NCBI GenBank assembly: GCA_028714495.1 | Contig: JAQTMH010000003.1 | Span: 72,496 to 136,495 of the forward strand | From: Patescibacteria group bacterium | Lineage (GTDB): Bacteria; Patescibacteriota; Patescibacteriia; JAHIZJ01 | Length of the DNA stretch: 64,000 nt | Reading direction: 5' to 3' | In this document: in pieces, positions 1 through 10,601 of the stretch | Numbering within the stretch: position 1 is the stretch's first letter | How the letters are laid out: each line of letters begins with the position of its first letter | Notes under the pieces: generated by a model | Seen by the model: only the letters and a program-made list of their open reading frames with translations | What the model was told of the DNA's origin: nothing | Databases searched by the model: none | Made by a program: the position numbers and the translations under genes

Positions 1-1741
1 CGCTGAATTCCGCGGTCAGGGCGGCAATCGACTCTCCCACCCTGGCCGGAACTTTGTTAATCTTCCATTCAATCGCGCGGGTAGCCTGATCAAACGCCAG
101 GGGTTCGCCGGCCGATACCACGCCCTGGCCGATCCAGCTGACTGTTTCCGGCAAAGTGGTTTTAATGCTGGCCTTGGTCAATTCATTCGAAGAATTTTTT
201 AGAGTCCAGAATATTTTAAAAACCGTGGCCTCACCTTCCACCGGCGGCAGCGGTCCGACCCCGATAGCCTTGCCTGATCGATCATAATAGCGCGCTTCAA
301 CCGTTAAAGTCGGCTGGCTCAAAATTCTGGCAGCGACCGCCTGGCTGGTAGCCGAAAATGGTACTGGCTCAGTCCCGCCCGAATTCACCCGCTGCCCGCG
401 ATATTCGATACTAGGCCGTATCTCAAAATTTTCCTTGCCTACGAGTTCGGCCGGCGGCGCTTCGAGCAACTCTATTTCCAGGGTTATTTCAGCCTTATCC
501 CCGGGCTTCAGCTCTTTCAAGGCTTCGACTCCTTTCGCGTCCCAGGTAAGAATCTGGCCTTCTCGGGTAGCGTTTTGGGGATTGATCAAATTCTCCCAAT
601 CTAACGCGTTGACCGCGACTTTTTCATTGTTGCTATATAACTCAAAAGTGGCAATTATTTTTCCTTCATCAAGCTTCACGTCTCCGGCGTTATTTACGTT
701 GATCGCGTAAGCCAAAGTATCGCCCCATTTAACGGCCTGGGTATCGGTTTCTTCATTTAGGTTGGCCGTAACCTGAAGTTGTGGTTCGATCATCAGGATC
801 ATGAAATTTTCCTCCAATTGTTTCTTGACTGAGCCGTCTGATTGAGCCAGGCCAAGACTGCACACTATTTCCTGACTGGCACCGGGCTCGCTTTCAAATT
901 GTCCGTTTATCTTAATACTGCCCGATTCGCCAGCGGGCAGACGATCGATTAACCATTCATCGGATTCATGGCTGGGCTCTGGGTCGGCTGAATTCAGCTT
1001 AAACCCGCTGGGCCAAGTAACCGTCAGCTTGATTTGTTCTAAATCTCGCTTCGACACGTTATCATAGGATATTTCATAATCTACCGGCTGGTTGGGAATG
1101 GCCTCGCGGGGACCCTTGAGCTCAAGATTCAGGGTAGATTCTGAAATTACCACTTCCCAATCAATGCTTTTTTGGAATTCAGAATGGAAATTGAGCGGCG
1201 TGTAGGAGAGCGTGGCGGAAAACTTTTTGCTGGAACCAACTTCGCCAATCATCTGCCCGGTAATTTCCAGGGTGTCGTCCGCGTTCGATAATACGTTATT
1301 CAGACGCCACTGGTTGTTGTATTGATTGGCCGGTCCGTAATTGGCCTTGGCGTAGGTAAAACCCTCGGGGTATTGCACTTCAATAATCAGGTCGCTTAGA
1401 GCTGATGATTCTCGGTTTTTTATATTTATGTTGAGGGTAAATTCTTCGCCTGAAACCGCTTGAGTGCCGCCCAGATAGGAAAAATCCACCCCTGACTCTT
1501 CAAATGGCTTAGTCCGATTAAACAAAAAGAAGCCGGCAATCGCGGCTCCCACGGCTAAAATTAAAAAAACAATTAAACTGACCAGGGCAATCTTCCTCCA
1601 ATTTCTGGTCTTCCTTTCCATACGGGTCATATCAAGGGTTTGACCTTTCTCATCGCGGAATATCGCCTTCATTAAACCGTGCGCGCTATCTTCGCCCTTT
1701 TCAACCCTCTTGGCTTCTTTATTTTTCCCTTTGGCCATCAT
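1..1741 (-). CDS. Membrane-anchored extracellular protein with Ig-like/DUF11-type repeats (partial, runs off window start)
   Basis: Not in the ORF track because it is truncated. It reads MMAKGKNKEAK... from ATG 1741 (or 1738), with one TM segment (IALVSLIVFLILAVGAAIAGFFLF) followed by beta-rich repeats (LIIEVQYPEGFTY, LTVTWPSGFKL). Confidence 0.7.
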   Translation of the reverse strand, partial: MMAKGKNKEAKRVEKGEDSAHGLMKAIFRDEKGQTLDMTRMERKTRNWRKIALVSLIVFLILAVGAAIAGFFLFNRTKPFEESGVDFSYLGGTQAVSGEEFTLNINIKNRESSALSDLIIEVQYPEGFTYAKANYGPANQYNNQWRLNNVLSNADDTLEITGQMIGEVGSSKKFSATLSYTPLNFHSEFQKSIDWEVVISESTLNLELKGPREAIPNQPVDYEISYDNVSKRDLEQIKLTVTWPSGFKLNSADPEPSHESDEWLIDRLPAGESGSIKINGQFESEPGASQEIVCSLGLAQSDGSVKKQLEENFMILMIEPQLQVTANLNEETDTQAVKWGDTLAYAINVNNAGDVKLDEGKIIATFELYSNNEKVAVNALDWENLINPQNATREGQILTWDAKGVEALKELKPGDKAEITLEIELLEAPPAELVGKENFEIRPSIEYRGQRVNSGGTEPVPFSATSQAVAARILSQPTLTVEARYYDRSGKAIGVGPLPPVEGEATVFKIFWTLKNSSNELTKASIKTTLPETVSWIGQGVVSAGEPLAFDQATRAIEWKINKVPARVGESIAALTAEFS

Positions 1742-1782
1742 AGTTTATAACTATAACATTTTTTGTCTTTTTGGACAATAAT

Positions 1783-1811
1783 AAAAAAGGCGGTCCGCTC
1801 GAGCGAACCGC
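1783..1811 (-). terminator. Intrinsic terminator
   Basis: Minus strand GCGGTTCGCTCGAGCGGACCGC hairpin followed by CTTTTTT. Confidence 0.65.
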
Positions 1812-1827
1812 GTGAGACGCGAAACGG

Positions 1828-1995
1828 CTAGAGAAAGAGCGCGGCGCAGAGACTCAGAACGAGGGCCAGCCCCCCAGCGATGGCGAAGAAGCGAACGCAC
1901 CTCTGCTCACCGCTGAGATTCGGTGTATCACGCAGCTTTCTCTTTATCTTGCGAGGAGTGCGAATTTCACCTACATGGTAACTGGGAAAGTTCAT
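1828..1995 (-). CDS. Small protein (55 aa) with C-terminal TM helix
   Basis: ATG 1995 is preceded by AAGGAGGGG; hydrophobic C-terminus; followed by a terminator. Confidence 0.5.
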   Translation of the reverse strand: MNFPSYHVGEIRTPRKIKRKLRDTPNLSGEQRCVRFFAIAGGLALVLSLCAALFL

Positions 1996-2081
1996 AGTGT
2001 CCCCTCCTTGGCAGACCGCGTCCGCTAGCCTAAACAACTTCCTGCCTTAACTAAGACAGTATACACGAACTTCGATTAATG

Positions 2082-2891
2082 TCAAGGTTGCGCTGACAGG
2101 AGATGCGATTTTTTTTCAAAATATCGTAAAAACTTGACTGATTTCAGTTCTTTTTCCAGGTGAAATGTCACGTACTGATCAATGAATTTTCTCACCTCTC
2201 GCATCGGCTCGCGCGAAACCTTCAGTCGGCGGATATTACCATATGGCTGTTTGAGAGCATAGCGTAAAATTCTGATAGTCAAACCTGTCACCGGCATAAC
2301 GTTGCGGCTATTTTTTGTACCGCCTTGGCAGGCTGGACAAATTAAGCTGCCGTGTGAAAAATTATAGGCGTTGCCATTCTGCAAAACGCGTCGCCGACAG
2401 ATGCCGCAATGAAAAAGCTCCGGCTGATAACCGACTCGGCTGAATATTTTCAGCACAAATCCGGTAATAACAAGCGATCCTTTAATATAGTCATCGCCTC
2501 TTGATAAACGTATTAAATCCAGATTCTTCCAGGTGGCGCCGACCATTCGAAACATTGTCGGATCGGCGTGCGGCACCGGCAGCAAGCAATCAACGATTTC
2601 CGCGATATAATCCGCCCAGGTTTTTTTTACGATATTCTGGCTCAGAGTTTGAAATCTCTTTATCAGCACTGCCGAAACCACCGTGTCAGTTTGTTTGCCT
2701 GACGCCACTAAAAGCTGGACATACGAAAACGGCTCAAGATGAGCCGCCAGCTTGCTTTTTATCTTAGAGGCGCCTCGGCCCAAAAGCTCGAGCTTTCCCC
2801 GATCAGGCGTCAAAACCACGAACCAGCGGTCGGTTTCCCGGAATGGTCGGCGCCGCAAAACCAGTCCGGTTGTTTTATAAGTACCGGGCAT
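2082..2891 (-). CDS. recO: DNA repair protein RecO
   Basis: N-terminal OB fold (GLVLRRRPFRETD, LTPDRGK, LEPFS) and a CxxC...CxxC zinc finger. Confidence 0.92.
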   Translation of the reverse strand: MPGTYKTTGLVLRRRPFRETDRWFVVLTPDRGKLELLGRGASKIKSKLAAHLEPFSYVQLLVASGKQTDTVVSAVLIKRFQTLSQNIVKKTWADYIAEIVDCLLPVPHADPTMFRMVGATWKNLDLIRLSRGDDYIKGSLVITGFVLKIFSRVGYQPELFHCGICRRRVLQNGNAYNFSHGSLICPACQGGTKNSRNVMPVTGLTIRILRYALKQPYGNIRRLKVSREPMREVRKFIDQYVTFHLEKELKSVKFLRYFEKKSHLLSAQP

Positions 2892-2896
2892 GTGAA

Positions 2897-5863
2897 TTAA
2901 TCAAGTTTCTTTAAGCCCAGGGCAATTACCGTCTTTCCCTCTTTGAATTCTTTCTGAACCAGGCTCGTCTCCGGAATCTTGCCGTAAGAAACGCTTCGGC
3001 TGATAGTCTCCTGTTTGACCCAGGCAAGATGCTGCTCCATGGCCAGCTGGTATTTCGCTTCGGCACTATAAAAATAAAACTCGATCGAATCCTTAATCGT
3101 TAAACCCGCTTCCTTTCTTAAGCTGTTTACCTGGCGAATAACTTCCCTGATAAAGCCTTGGTAGTAAAGTTCATCGGTTATCGTGGTATCCAGGGAAACC
3201 GCCACGCCAGCCGCCTCTTTCACCTCCCACTCGGCGCTCTTGAGCAGTTCATTTCTAAAAAATATGTCATGGACATTTACTTCAGCTTTTAGAATATCAA
3301 CAAGTTCAGTCCGGAATGCTTTTGTCCTGACGACCAGCTGGGACAAGGGTTGGCGTACTTTAATACCCCGGCTAGCCCGGGCGGCGTGAACCAGCTCGGC
3401 AATGCGCCTGGTCATATCCATTTCCGCCAACAGTTCCTTCTCTTCCGGCAGATCTTTCAGGTCGGGCCACGGCTCGAGATGAACGCTATCTTTCGCTCCG
3501 CCAACCTCCTGATAAACCGCGTCAGCCAAGAATGGCGTGAACGGAGCCAAATATTCCGTCAAAGTCATTAAAACGTAACCCAGAGTATTTCTTGCCTCAG
3601 CCTGTTCAGATTTTTCGCCGAGCTTAAATCTTTCCCGGCTCCGTCTCACATACCAGGTTGAAAGTTCGGCGATAAAGTCTGCCAGCGTCCGGCCGGCTTC
3701 AGCTATTTGGTATTTGTTCAAACAATCAGTGACTGATTCGCCGGTCTGCCTCAATCTGGCTAAGACCCACCGGTCAAGCACATTCTTGGCTTTGGGCAAG
3801 GCTGGTACCGATGGTTCTGTTTGATATAGCTTATAAAAACTTAGGACGTTCCAAAGGACCAGAAAATTCTTTTTCACGGTTTCCCGCAAGGCCATCGGGT
3901 CAAAGCGCTTGTATTCTCCGGGCTGGTTTACGGTGAAGAAATACCATCTCACCGCGTCAATCCCAAATTCGTTGATGGCGTCATTGGGCTTTACCACATT
4001 GCCCAGGTGTTTGCTCATTTTCCGGCCATCAGCATCCAGAATGTGGCCGAGGCAAACTACGTTTTTATAAGGCGGAAAATTATTGCCCAGGGCGGTTGAA
4101 ATGGCCAGCAGAGTGTAAAACCAGCCGCGCGTCTGGTCAATCGCCTCAGCAATGTAATCAGCCGGGAAACTCACGCCTTTATCAACGCGCTCCTTGTTTT
4201 CAAACGGATAATGCCACTGGGCAAACGGCATCGCGCCGGAATCAAACCAGGTATCAGCCACTTCTGATATGCGTTTCATCTCACCGCCACACTTACAAGG
4301 TATTATTATATCGTCAATAAACGGGCGGTGCGGATCAAACGACTCATCCAGTACTTCCTTTTTACCGCTTCTCTTATTTAATTCCTGATAACTCCCGATG
4401 CATTCCCGTTCTCCGCACTTTTTACACTCCCAAATCGGAATCGGCGTACCCCAGTACCTTTCCCTCGAAATCGCCCAATCCTTTATCTCGTTTAGCCATT
4501 CACCAAACCGGCCTTGTTTGATATATTCCGGCACCCAATTAATTTGCTCATTGTTCTTAATCAGCTGCTCACGCAAAGCCGACATCTTGATAAACCACGA
4601 ATCCTTGGCATAGTACAAAAGCGGGCTGTGGCAGCGCCAGCATTTCGGATAATCATGTTCGTACAATTCTTCCATATAGAGCAGGCCACGTTGTTTAAGC
4701 GAATCAATAATCGCTTGCTCGGTTTTTTTATCCTTTACGTATTGGCCAGCGAACTCTTTAACATCTTTGGTAAAATGCCCATCCGGAGTTACGGTGTGAT
4801 GTTTTGGCAAACTGACTTTTGCGCCGAGTTGATAATCATCTTCGCCGTACATAACCGCGGTATGAACCACACCAGTACCTTCGTCGGTGGTTACAAAATC
4901 AGCAGCGTAAACCTTAAAGGCGTTTTCAAAGCCTTTCACGCTTTCTGGAATCGCACCTGGAAAAAGCGGTTCGTATTCAATGCCAACCAAGTCTTGGCCT
5001 TTTACCCTGTTAATAATATTTATACCAGACTCCATGGGTCTACCACTTTCTATTTTCTTCGATAACGGAAGATTAATAAGCTTCCGTGTTTCATCAGCTA
5101 GAACAAATCTCTCCTCTCCTATTTCAATCTCGATATACTCGGTATCTTTGCTAACCGCCAACCCCACGTTTCCCGGCAATGTCCAAGGGGTAGTTGTCCA
5201 CGACAGAATATAATCTCCTTTTTTGATTTGTCCCTTGTCACTTGTAACTTTAAACTTAACATAAACCGAATTCTCCGTTACTTTCTCATACCCCTGTGCC
5301 ACTTCGTGCGATGACAAGGCGGTCTCGCAGCGCGGACATTGCGGTACGACTTTATAATCCTTAACTAGCAGTTTCTTATCCCAAAGCTGTTTGAAAATCC
5401 ACCACAGCGTTTCGATGTAAGGTTTTTCGTAAGTAATGAAGGGGCGCTCCAGATCCAGCCAATAGCCGATACGTTCGGTCATTTTTTCCCACTCGGCTTT
5501 GTACTTCCAAACGCTGGCCCGGCAGGCTTGGTTGAATTTCTCAATGCCGTACTTTTCAATGTCTTTCTTCCCGGAAACCCCAATCTGCTTCTCCACCTCT
5601 AGTTCAACCGGCAAACCCTGCGTGTCCCAGCCGCCTTTTCGCTCTACGAAATACCCCCGCATGGTCTTGAACCGGCAGATGATGTCCTTAAACGCCCGGG
5701 CTAGCACGTGTCCGATATGCGGCGAGCCGTTGGCTGTCGGCGGCCCTTCGAAAAAAACAAAACGTTTGCCCTGTTTAGTCTGGGCCAGGGATTTTTTGAA
5801 AATATCTTGTTTTTTCCATTTGGCTAGGATGTCCTCCTCTAGCTTCGGAAAGCTCGGTAGCAT
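2897..5863 (-). CDS. ileS: Isoleucine--tRNA ligase (type 2)
   Basis: EGPPTANGSPHIGH, WTTTPWTLP, GTGVVH, DWAISRERYWG, KMSK; IleRS2-type C-terminus (REVIRQVNSLRK). Confidence 0.97.
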   Translation of the reverse strand: MLPSFPKLEEDILAKWKKQDIFKKSLAQTKQGKRFVFFEGPPTANGSPHIGHVLARAFKDIICRFKTMRGYFVERKGGWDTQGLPVELEVEKQIGVSGKKDIEKYGIEKFNQACRASVWKYKAEWEKMTERIGYWLDLERPFITYEKPYIETLWWIFKQLWDKKLLVKDYKVVPQCPRCETALSSHEVAQGYEKVTENSVYVKFKVTSDKGQIKKGDYILSWTTTPWTLPGNVGLAVSKDTEYIEIEIGEERFVLADETRKLINLPLSKKIESGRPMESGINIINRVKGQDLVGIEYEPLFPGAIPESVKGFENAFKVYAADFVTTDEGTGVVHTAVMYGEDDYQLGAKVSLPKHHTVTPDGHFTKDVKEFAGQYVKDKKTEQAIIDSLKQRGLLYMEELYEHDYPKCWRCHSPLLYYAKDSWFIKMSALREQLIKNNEQINWVPEYIKQGRFGEWLNEIKDWAISRERYWGTPIPIWECKKCGERECIGSYQELNKRSGKKEVLDESFDPHRPFIDDIIIPCKCGGEMKRISEVADTWFDSGAMPFAQWHYPFENKERVDKGVSFPADYIAEAIDQTRGWFYTLLAISTALGNNFPPYKNVVCLGHILDADGRKMSKHLGNVVKPNDAINEFGIDAVRWYFFTVNQPGEYKRFDPMALRETVKKNFLVLWNVLSFYKLYQTEPSVPALPKAKNVLDRWVLARLRQTGESVTDCLNKYQIAEAGRTLADFIAELSTWYVRRSRERFKLGEKSEQAEARNTLGYVLMTLTEYLAPFTPFLADAVYQEVGGAKDSVHLEPWPDLKDLPEEKELLAEMDMTRRIAELVHAARASRGIKVRQPLSQLVVRTKAFRTELVDILKAEVNVHDIFFRNELLKSAEWEVKEAAGVAVSLDTTITDELYYQGFIREVIRQVNSLRKEAGLTIKDSIEFYFYSAEAKYQLAMEQHLAWVKQETISRSVSYGKIPETSLVQKEFKEGKTVIALGLKKLD

Positions 5864-5957
5864 TGTCTTCTTGTCATTTAAAAAAACTGATGGCGCTTTT
5901 TATTATAAAATAAAATTCCCACCAAGGCAAGCGCTTGACCTTGGGAAGCTGTGTTTA

Positions 5958-6341
5958 TTATCTAATAATATGCCGCTCAATTTCCTGGATGATTTTTGCC
6001 AAACTGACACTGGTCTTTATCAGATAGTTCGCGGCACCCAATTTCATTCCCTCGTCCTGACTCTCTTTGTCGTCAACATTGCTGACCAATATGACGGGAA
6101 TATCCTTGGTGCAAGATTTGGATTTCAGCGATTTTAACACCTTAAGCCCGTTTAATCCCGGCAAAATAATATCTAAAATTACCAAATCTGGTTTTGTTTC
6201 GACCACCTTCCGCAGGCCGCGCACGCCCTCGATCTCTGATTCAACCCGATAGCCCGAACGAGTTAATTTATCAGTTAAAGATCTGGCTAGAGTTTGCTCG
6301 TCTTCGATAATTAAAATAAATTTCTTTTTCTGTCCAGGCAT
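5958..6341 (-). CDS. Single-domain response regulator (receiver)
   Basis: ILIIEDE, PDLVILDIILP, GAANYLIK. Confidence 0.9.
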   Translation of the reverse strand: MPGQKKKFILIIEDEQTLARSLTDKLTRSGYRVESEIEGVRGLRKVVETKPDLVILDIILPGLNGLKVLKSLKSKSCTKDIPVILVSNVDDKESQDEGMKLGAANYLIKTSVSLAKIIQEIERHIIR

Positions 6342-6365
6342 GTCTAATCAATATTTATCACTCCC

Positions 6366-6743
6366 TTATAAATACCCGAGAACGCGATTTACGATTTCGT
6401 CGCCGTTGGTATCGGTTTTCACCAAATAGTCAGCTGCTCCCAGATTTTTCGCCTTGGTCACGTTCAAATCACCGGACAAATTCGACAGGACAATAATCGG
6501 TATGGCCTTCAATTCGGAATCACTTTTCGCCTTTTCTAAAAATTCAAAGCCGTGCATTCGCGGCAAAATCAAATCAAGCAAGACCAGGCTAGGCCGTCGG
6601 ATCTTAAGCTGTTCCAAACCGATTGCTCCATCAGGCGCGTTAATCAATTCAATCCCGCGTTTTTGGAAAAGATCCCCCAGCGCCCGGGCAGTTGGCTCCT
6701 CGTCCTCAACGAAAAGAATTATTTTTGATTCAGCCATAATCAT
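6366..6743 (-). CDS. Single-domain response regulator (receiver)
   Basis: FVEDE, LVLLDLILP, GAADYLVK. Confidence 0.9.
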   Translation of the reverse strand: MIMAESKIILFVEDEEPTARALGDLFQKRGIELINAPDGAIGLEQLKIRRPSLVLLDLILPRMHGFEFLEKAKSDSELKAIPIIVLSNLSGDLNVTKAKNLGAADYLVKTDTNGDEIVNRVLGYL

Positions 6744-6872
6744 CTAAAATTAGCCTAGTTTCATTTTAGCACAATACCACGGGTGGAGCAATAATTCTAA
6801 GAGTACTTAATCCTACCTAAAGTATATATTTTTGCTCAGGGAAAAACTTAAAAAAGGATACGATTTTTAGAC

Positions 6873-6901
6873 TTGACACGATTTCTTTGTTATGCTAATA
6901 T
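6873..6901 (+). promoter_or_regulatory. Sigma70-type promoter for the 6959 ORF
   Basis: TTGACA-17 nt-TAATAT; AAGGAGG SD lies before ATG 6959. Confidence 0.5.
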
Positions 6902-6958
6902 TTTCAGTTCGTGATACTGCGTGGTTAGTCGTCTATACTAGATAAGGAGGACCCGGAC

Positions 6959-7456
6959 ATGTTCATTGACGCAAAAGAAGCCGATGCAACGATCGAGTAT
7001 GTCAGACACTTGCTGAATCTGATCACCAAGCTTCCAGAGAACGACAAGCCTGGGCGTCGCGGAGTTTATCTCTGCGTCAGGGAACAACAAACCGGCCTGG
7101 TCGTTCTTCTGATGCCGTTCGGACAATTCGAGGACAATCGGTTCGCGGATGGCTGTTTCGACTTCGCTCAGGAGAAGACAATGCGTCTCCTAGGCCATCC
7201 TGATCATATCAGCTCCTGGCAGTCTCGGAGTCCCGATCTGCGGCTCTGGGGCGGCGGCATCGTTTGTCCGAACGTCAGACTGATCGTGGCTCTGTCCGGT
7301 CTGACCGAGGCCGGTGACGAGGCTCTGGCAGTCACCCTGGCCTACAAGATGAATTGGCTATCCAATACTCAGGCAGGCGCCATCACCACGATCAGTGGAA
7401 ACCGAGTGACCCCGGCGCTTCTCACCGCCCTCCACAATTCTCCTCTCACACGCTAG
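6959..7456 (+). CDS. Hypothetical protein, possible GlcG/HbpS-like fold
   Basis: AQEK, WGGGI and SGLTEAGDE motifs recall GlcG-like proteins; strong SD. Confidence 0.55.
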   Translation: MFIDAKEADATIEYVRHLLNLITKLPENDKPGRRGVYLCVREQQTGLVVLLMPFGQFEDNRFADGCFDFAQEKTMRLLGHPDHISSWQSRSPDLRLWGGGIVCPNVRLIVALSGLTEAGDEALAVTLAYKMNWLSNTQAGAITTISGNRVTPALLTALHNSPLTR

Positions 7457-7536
7457 TAAGCAGGCCCTCCGCGTCTAACCACAAAGCGCTGCACGTTACC
7501 AAAACGCCCGTTGCGAATTTCTCGCGGCGGGCGCTC

Positions 7537-8754
7537 TTATTTTTTCCTGGCTTTAGTTTTGACCTTGGCTTTCTTATTTTTTTCTTGTGGCTGTTCTTTG
7601 TTTTTCCGTTGCTGCGCTATCTTCGTGAATTCTTCGGCGTAGACTTTGAGCGTTTCTTCGGCGCACTTACGCCAGCTGAATTTCTTAGCTTGAATTAAAC
7701 CGGCGGAAGACATTCGCTGGCGAAGCGAATCGGAACTTAAAACCTTTCTCATCGCCTCGGTCAATTCCCTCTCGTTTCGCGGATTGATCAGAAACGCGGC
7801 CTGGCCAGCCACTTCAGGGATCGATGCGACATTAGAAGTGATTACCGGCGTTCCCAGGCACATGGCTTCGAGCACCGGCAAGCCGAAACCTTCATAAAGC
7901 GTGGGAAAGACAAAAGCCGTGGCGTTCTTGATCAAAGCCAGTTTATCCAGATGCGGAATGTAGTTTAAGTAAGCCACTTGGTTGGTCAGCCCAAGCTCCT
8001 TTATCTTTTTGAATATCAGATCGCTCTGCCAGCCGCGGTGTCCGGCCAAAACCAGCTTGTATTTGGCCAGATGTTTCTGCCGAGCTATTAGATTATGGTA
8101 GGCCGACACCAACCTGACCAAATTCTTTCGCGGCTCCAGCGTACCGACATAAAGCAAATACTGGCCAGGCAAACCGTATTTTTTACCCAAGCCTTTTGCG
8201 TCGCCTGGGCATTTCTCCAATTTCATGCCCTCGTGGATAACCTTAATTTTTCCTTCGGGGATCTTGAAAATCTTTACAATGTCATTTTTCGTCGCCTGCG
8301 ACACTCCGATAATCCGCCTGGCTCGCTGCAAACTATGCGGCACTAAAATCGAAACGCTGAATTTCTGGCCGCGCGGAAACCATTCAGGGTGACGATAGAT
8401 TGCCAGATCGTGGACTGTCACGATGCTGGGACGGCTGTAGGTGTAGGGGATGACATTGGCCGGCGAATGGAAGATATCCAATTTCTCACGATTAAGAAAC
8501 GCCGTAATCAGCATATGCGAATAGCTGAAGGGAAGAAATTTCTTATACTGGGAAAACGGGAAATATCTGATTTTCACGTTCCGCTGCTGAAACTCTCGCG
8601 GATCTTTAAAACGGTAATCGAAAAACAAAACGTATTCGTTTTTTTTATCCAGGGCCAGCAGATTTTTTACCAGGTAATAGGAATAATGCCCAACGCCGGC
8701 CCTTTCGCCGGTCTTGGGATTTAAAATTGTTCGGCAATCAATTCCAATTCGCAT
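7537..8754 (-). CDS. Glycosyltransferase family 4
   Basis: [21 protein letters not shown]. Confidence 0.93.
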   Translation of the reverse strand: MRIGIDCRTILNPKTGERAGVGHYSYYLVKNLLALDKKNEYVLFFDYRFKDPREFQQRNVKIRYFPFSQYKKFLPFSYSHMLITAFLNREKLDIFHSPANVIPYTYSRPSIVTVHDLAIYRHPEWFPRGQKFSVSILVPHSLQRARRIIGVSQATKNDIVKIFKIPEGKIKVIHEGMKLEKCPGDAKGLGKKYGLPGQYLLYVGTLEPRKNLVRLVSAYHNLIARQKHLAKYKLVLAGHRGWQSDLIFKKIKELGLTNQVAYLNYIPHLDKLALIKNATAFVFPTLYEGFGLPVLEAMCLGTPVITSNVASIPEVAGQAAFLINPRNERELTEAMRKVLSSDSLRQRMSSAGLIQAKKFSWRKCAEETLKVYAEEFTKIAQQRKNKEQPQEKNKKAKVKTKARKK

Positions 8755-8782
8755 AAACCCTCCCTTAAATATTGGCTTGCGC

Positions 8783-10438
8783 TTACATTGAATTTGGCAC
8801 GGACACTCCCATGAGCTTTAAGCAATTTCGCAAAACCACCCGAGTGGCTTTTATTAGAACGACGCGGTTTTGATTTACCTCGCCCTGGTTAATTACCCGG
8901 CACTGGGTGTAAAAATTGTGAAATAATTCAGCCACCTTGATCGTGTAAAACGGCAAACGCTGCACTTCATATGTTTCGCAAACATCCTTCAAAAGGTCGG
9001 GCAGGCGGAGCAGCTCCTTCAGCAGGTCAATTTCGGCCTGGTGGTCAAATTCCTCGATCCTGCTCGGCTGTTTGGAAATTTTCCGCAGCTCTGACTGCTT
9101 CAGTATACTACAAATCCTGGCGTGCGCATACTGAACATAGTATACCGGATTCTTCTCGGACTTTTCTTTGGCTAAGTCTAAATCAAAATCCATGTGGGTA
9201 TCGCTTGAACGCATCAGGAAAAAGAACCGCGCCACGTCCAGCCCGACGTCATCGACCAATTCTTCCAGCGTGACAAAGGTCCCGCTCCGCTTCGACATCT
9301 TCACTTCCTTATTTTGTGAAATCAGCCGGACCAGCTGGACAATTATGATATCCAAGCGGCCGGGCCAGCCCAGGGCCTTTTTCACCGCTTGCATCCTGAT
9401 AACATGGCCCTGGTGGTCCGCCCCCCAAATGTCCACCACGCGGTTAAATCCCCGTTCGACAAATTTGTTCCAGTGATAGGCGACATCGGATAGAAAATAG
9501 GTATTTTCCCGGTTAGCCTTGATCGCGACACGATCCTTGTCATCTCCAAAAGCGCTGGTCTTTATCCAGGTCGCGCCCTCCTGTTTGTAAATCAAGTCTT
9601 TGGCTTTCAGTTGTTCAAGGATGTTTTTCACCGCGCCCTGGCGATAAAGTTCGCTTTCGTAATACCATTTATTGAATCTGATCTTCAGTTTTTCCTGAAC
9701 CATTCGTTGAATATCGTCAATCATGATTTTCAATATTTTTTCCTTAATCCTTTTTTTCAGGCGGTTCAAATCTTTCAGCTTAACATTGCCTAAAGTCAAT
9801 TTTTTTGCCAAATCCTTGATATATTCACCCTGGTAACAGCGTTCGGGGAAATCAACCTTTAGGCCGTGCTTTTGCAGATACCGGCGGATAACCGACTCAG
9901 CTAAAATCTCGAGTTGATTGCCGATATCGTTAATGTAATATTCGCGTCTGGCTTCATAACCCTGGCTCGAAAAAATTCTGGCCAAGGTATCTCCCAAAAA
10001 GGCTCCCCGGCCATTGCCTAAGTGAATCGGTCCGGTGGGGTTCGCGGAAATGAACTCTACCTGCACTTTTTCATTTTGACCACTGTCTCCCTTGCCATAG
10101 TTGCGGTCAGCTTCGATTATCCTGGTCACTTGCTGGCTCAGCCAAAGCTTGCCCAAAGTAAAATTTATGAATCCGGGCATGACCGCTTCAATCCGCGTAA
10201 ATTTATTTTGAAAATTCCGGCTCAGGCTGCCGATTATTTTCTCGGCTAGGTCCAGGGGATTTCGCGACAACCGGCGGGACAGCTGCAGCGCGATTGATGA
10301 AGAGATGTCGCCGAATGAAGCGTCTTTCGTATACTCAACCGTTTGAAAGAAAAAATCCTGACCTACTTCAGTCTTTAGCTCCGGCCAGAGTTCATGGCAA
10401 ACTCGTTTTAATTGGAGTGATATCTCTTTCTTGAGCAT
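8783..10438 (-). CDS. argS: Arginine--tRNA ligase
   Basis: EFISANPTGPIHLGNGRG, WGADH, KMSKRSG, YVQYAHAR. Confidence 0.97.
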   Translation of the reverse strand: MLKKEISLQLKRVCHELWPELKTEVGQDFFFQTVEYTKDASFGDISSSIALQLSRRLSRNPLDLAEKIIGSLSRNFQNKFTRIEAVMPGFINFTLGKLWLSQQVTRIIEADRNYGKGDSGQNEKVQVEFISANPTGPIHLGNGRGAFLGDTLARIFSSQGYEARREYYINDIGNQLEILAESVIRRYLQKHGLKVDFPERCYQGEYIKDLAKKLTLGNVKLKDLNRLKKRIKEKILKIMIDDIQRMVQEKLKIRFNKWYYESELYRQGAVKNILEQLKAKDLIYKQEGATWIKTSAFGDDKDRVAIKANRENTYFLSDVAYHWNKFVERGFNRVVDIWGADHQGHVIRMQAVKKALGWPGRLDIIIVQLVRLISQNKEVKMSKRSGTFVTLEELVDDVGLDVARFFFLMRSSDTHMDFDLDLAKEKSEKNPVYYVQYAHARICSILKQSELRKISKQPSRIEEFDHQAEIDLLKELLRLPDLLKDVCETYEVQRLPFYTIKVAELFHNFYTQCRVINQGEVNQNRVVLIKATRVVLRNCLKLMGVSVPNSM

Positions 10439-10601
10439 GCTGATATTATACTAGAAAATTCATTGACAAACAATAGAAAAACCCGCTTTTGAGCAAAAAC
10501 GGTTTTGTCTGAATCAAACCTTTTCCTGTCGTTATTTTCAAAAGACTCTAGCTAACTCGCTACAAGGCTCATTTTTACTAATTTTACATAACAAGATAAT
10601 A

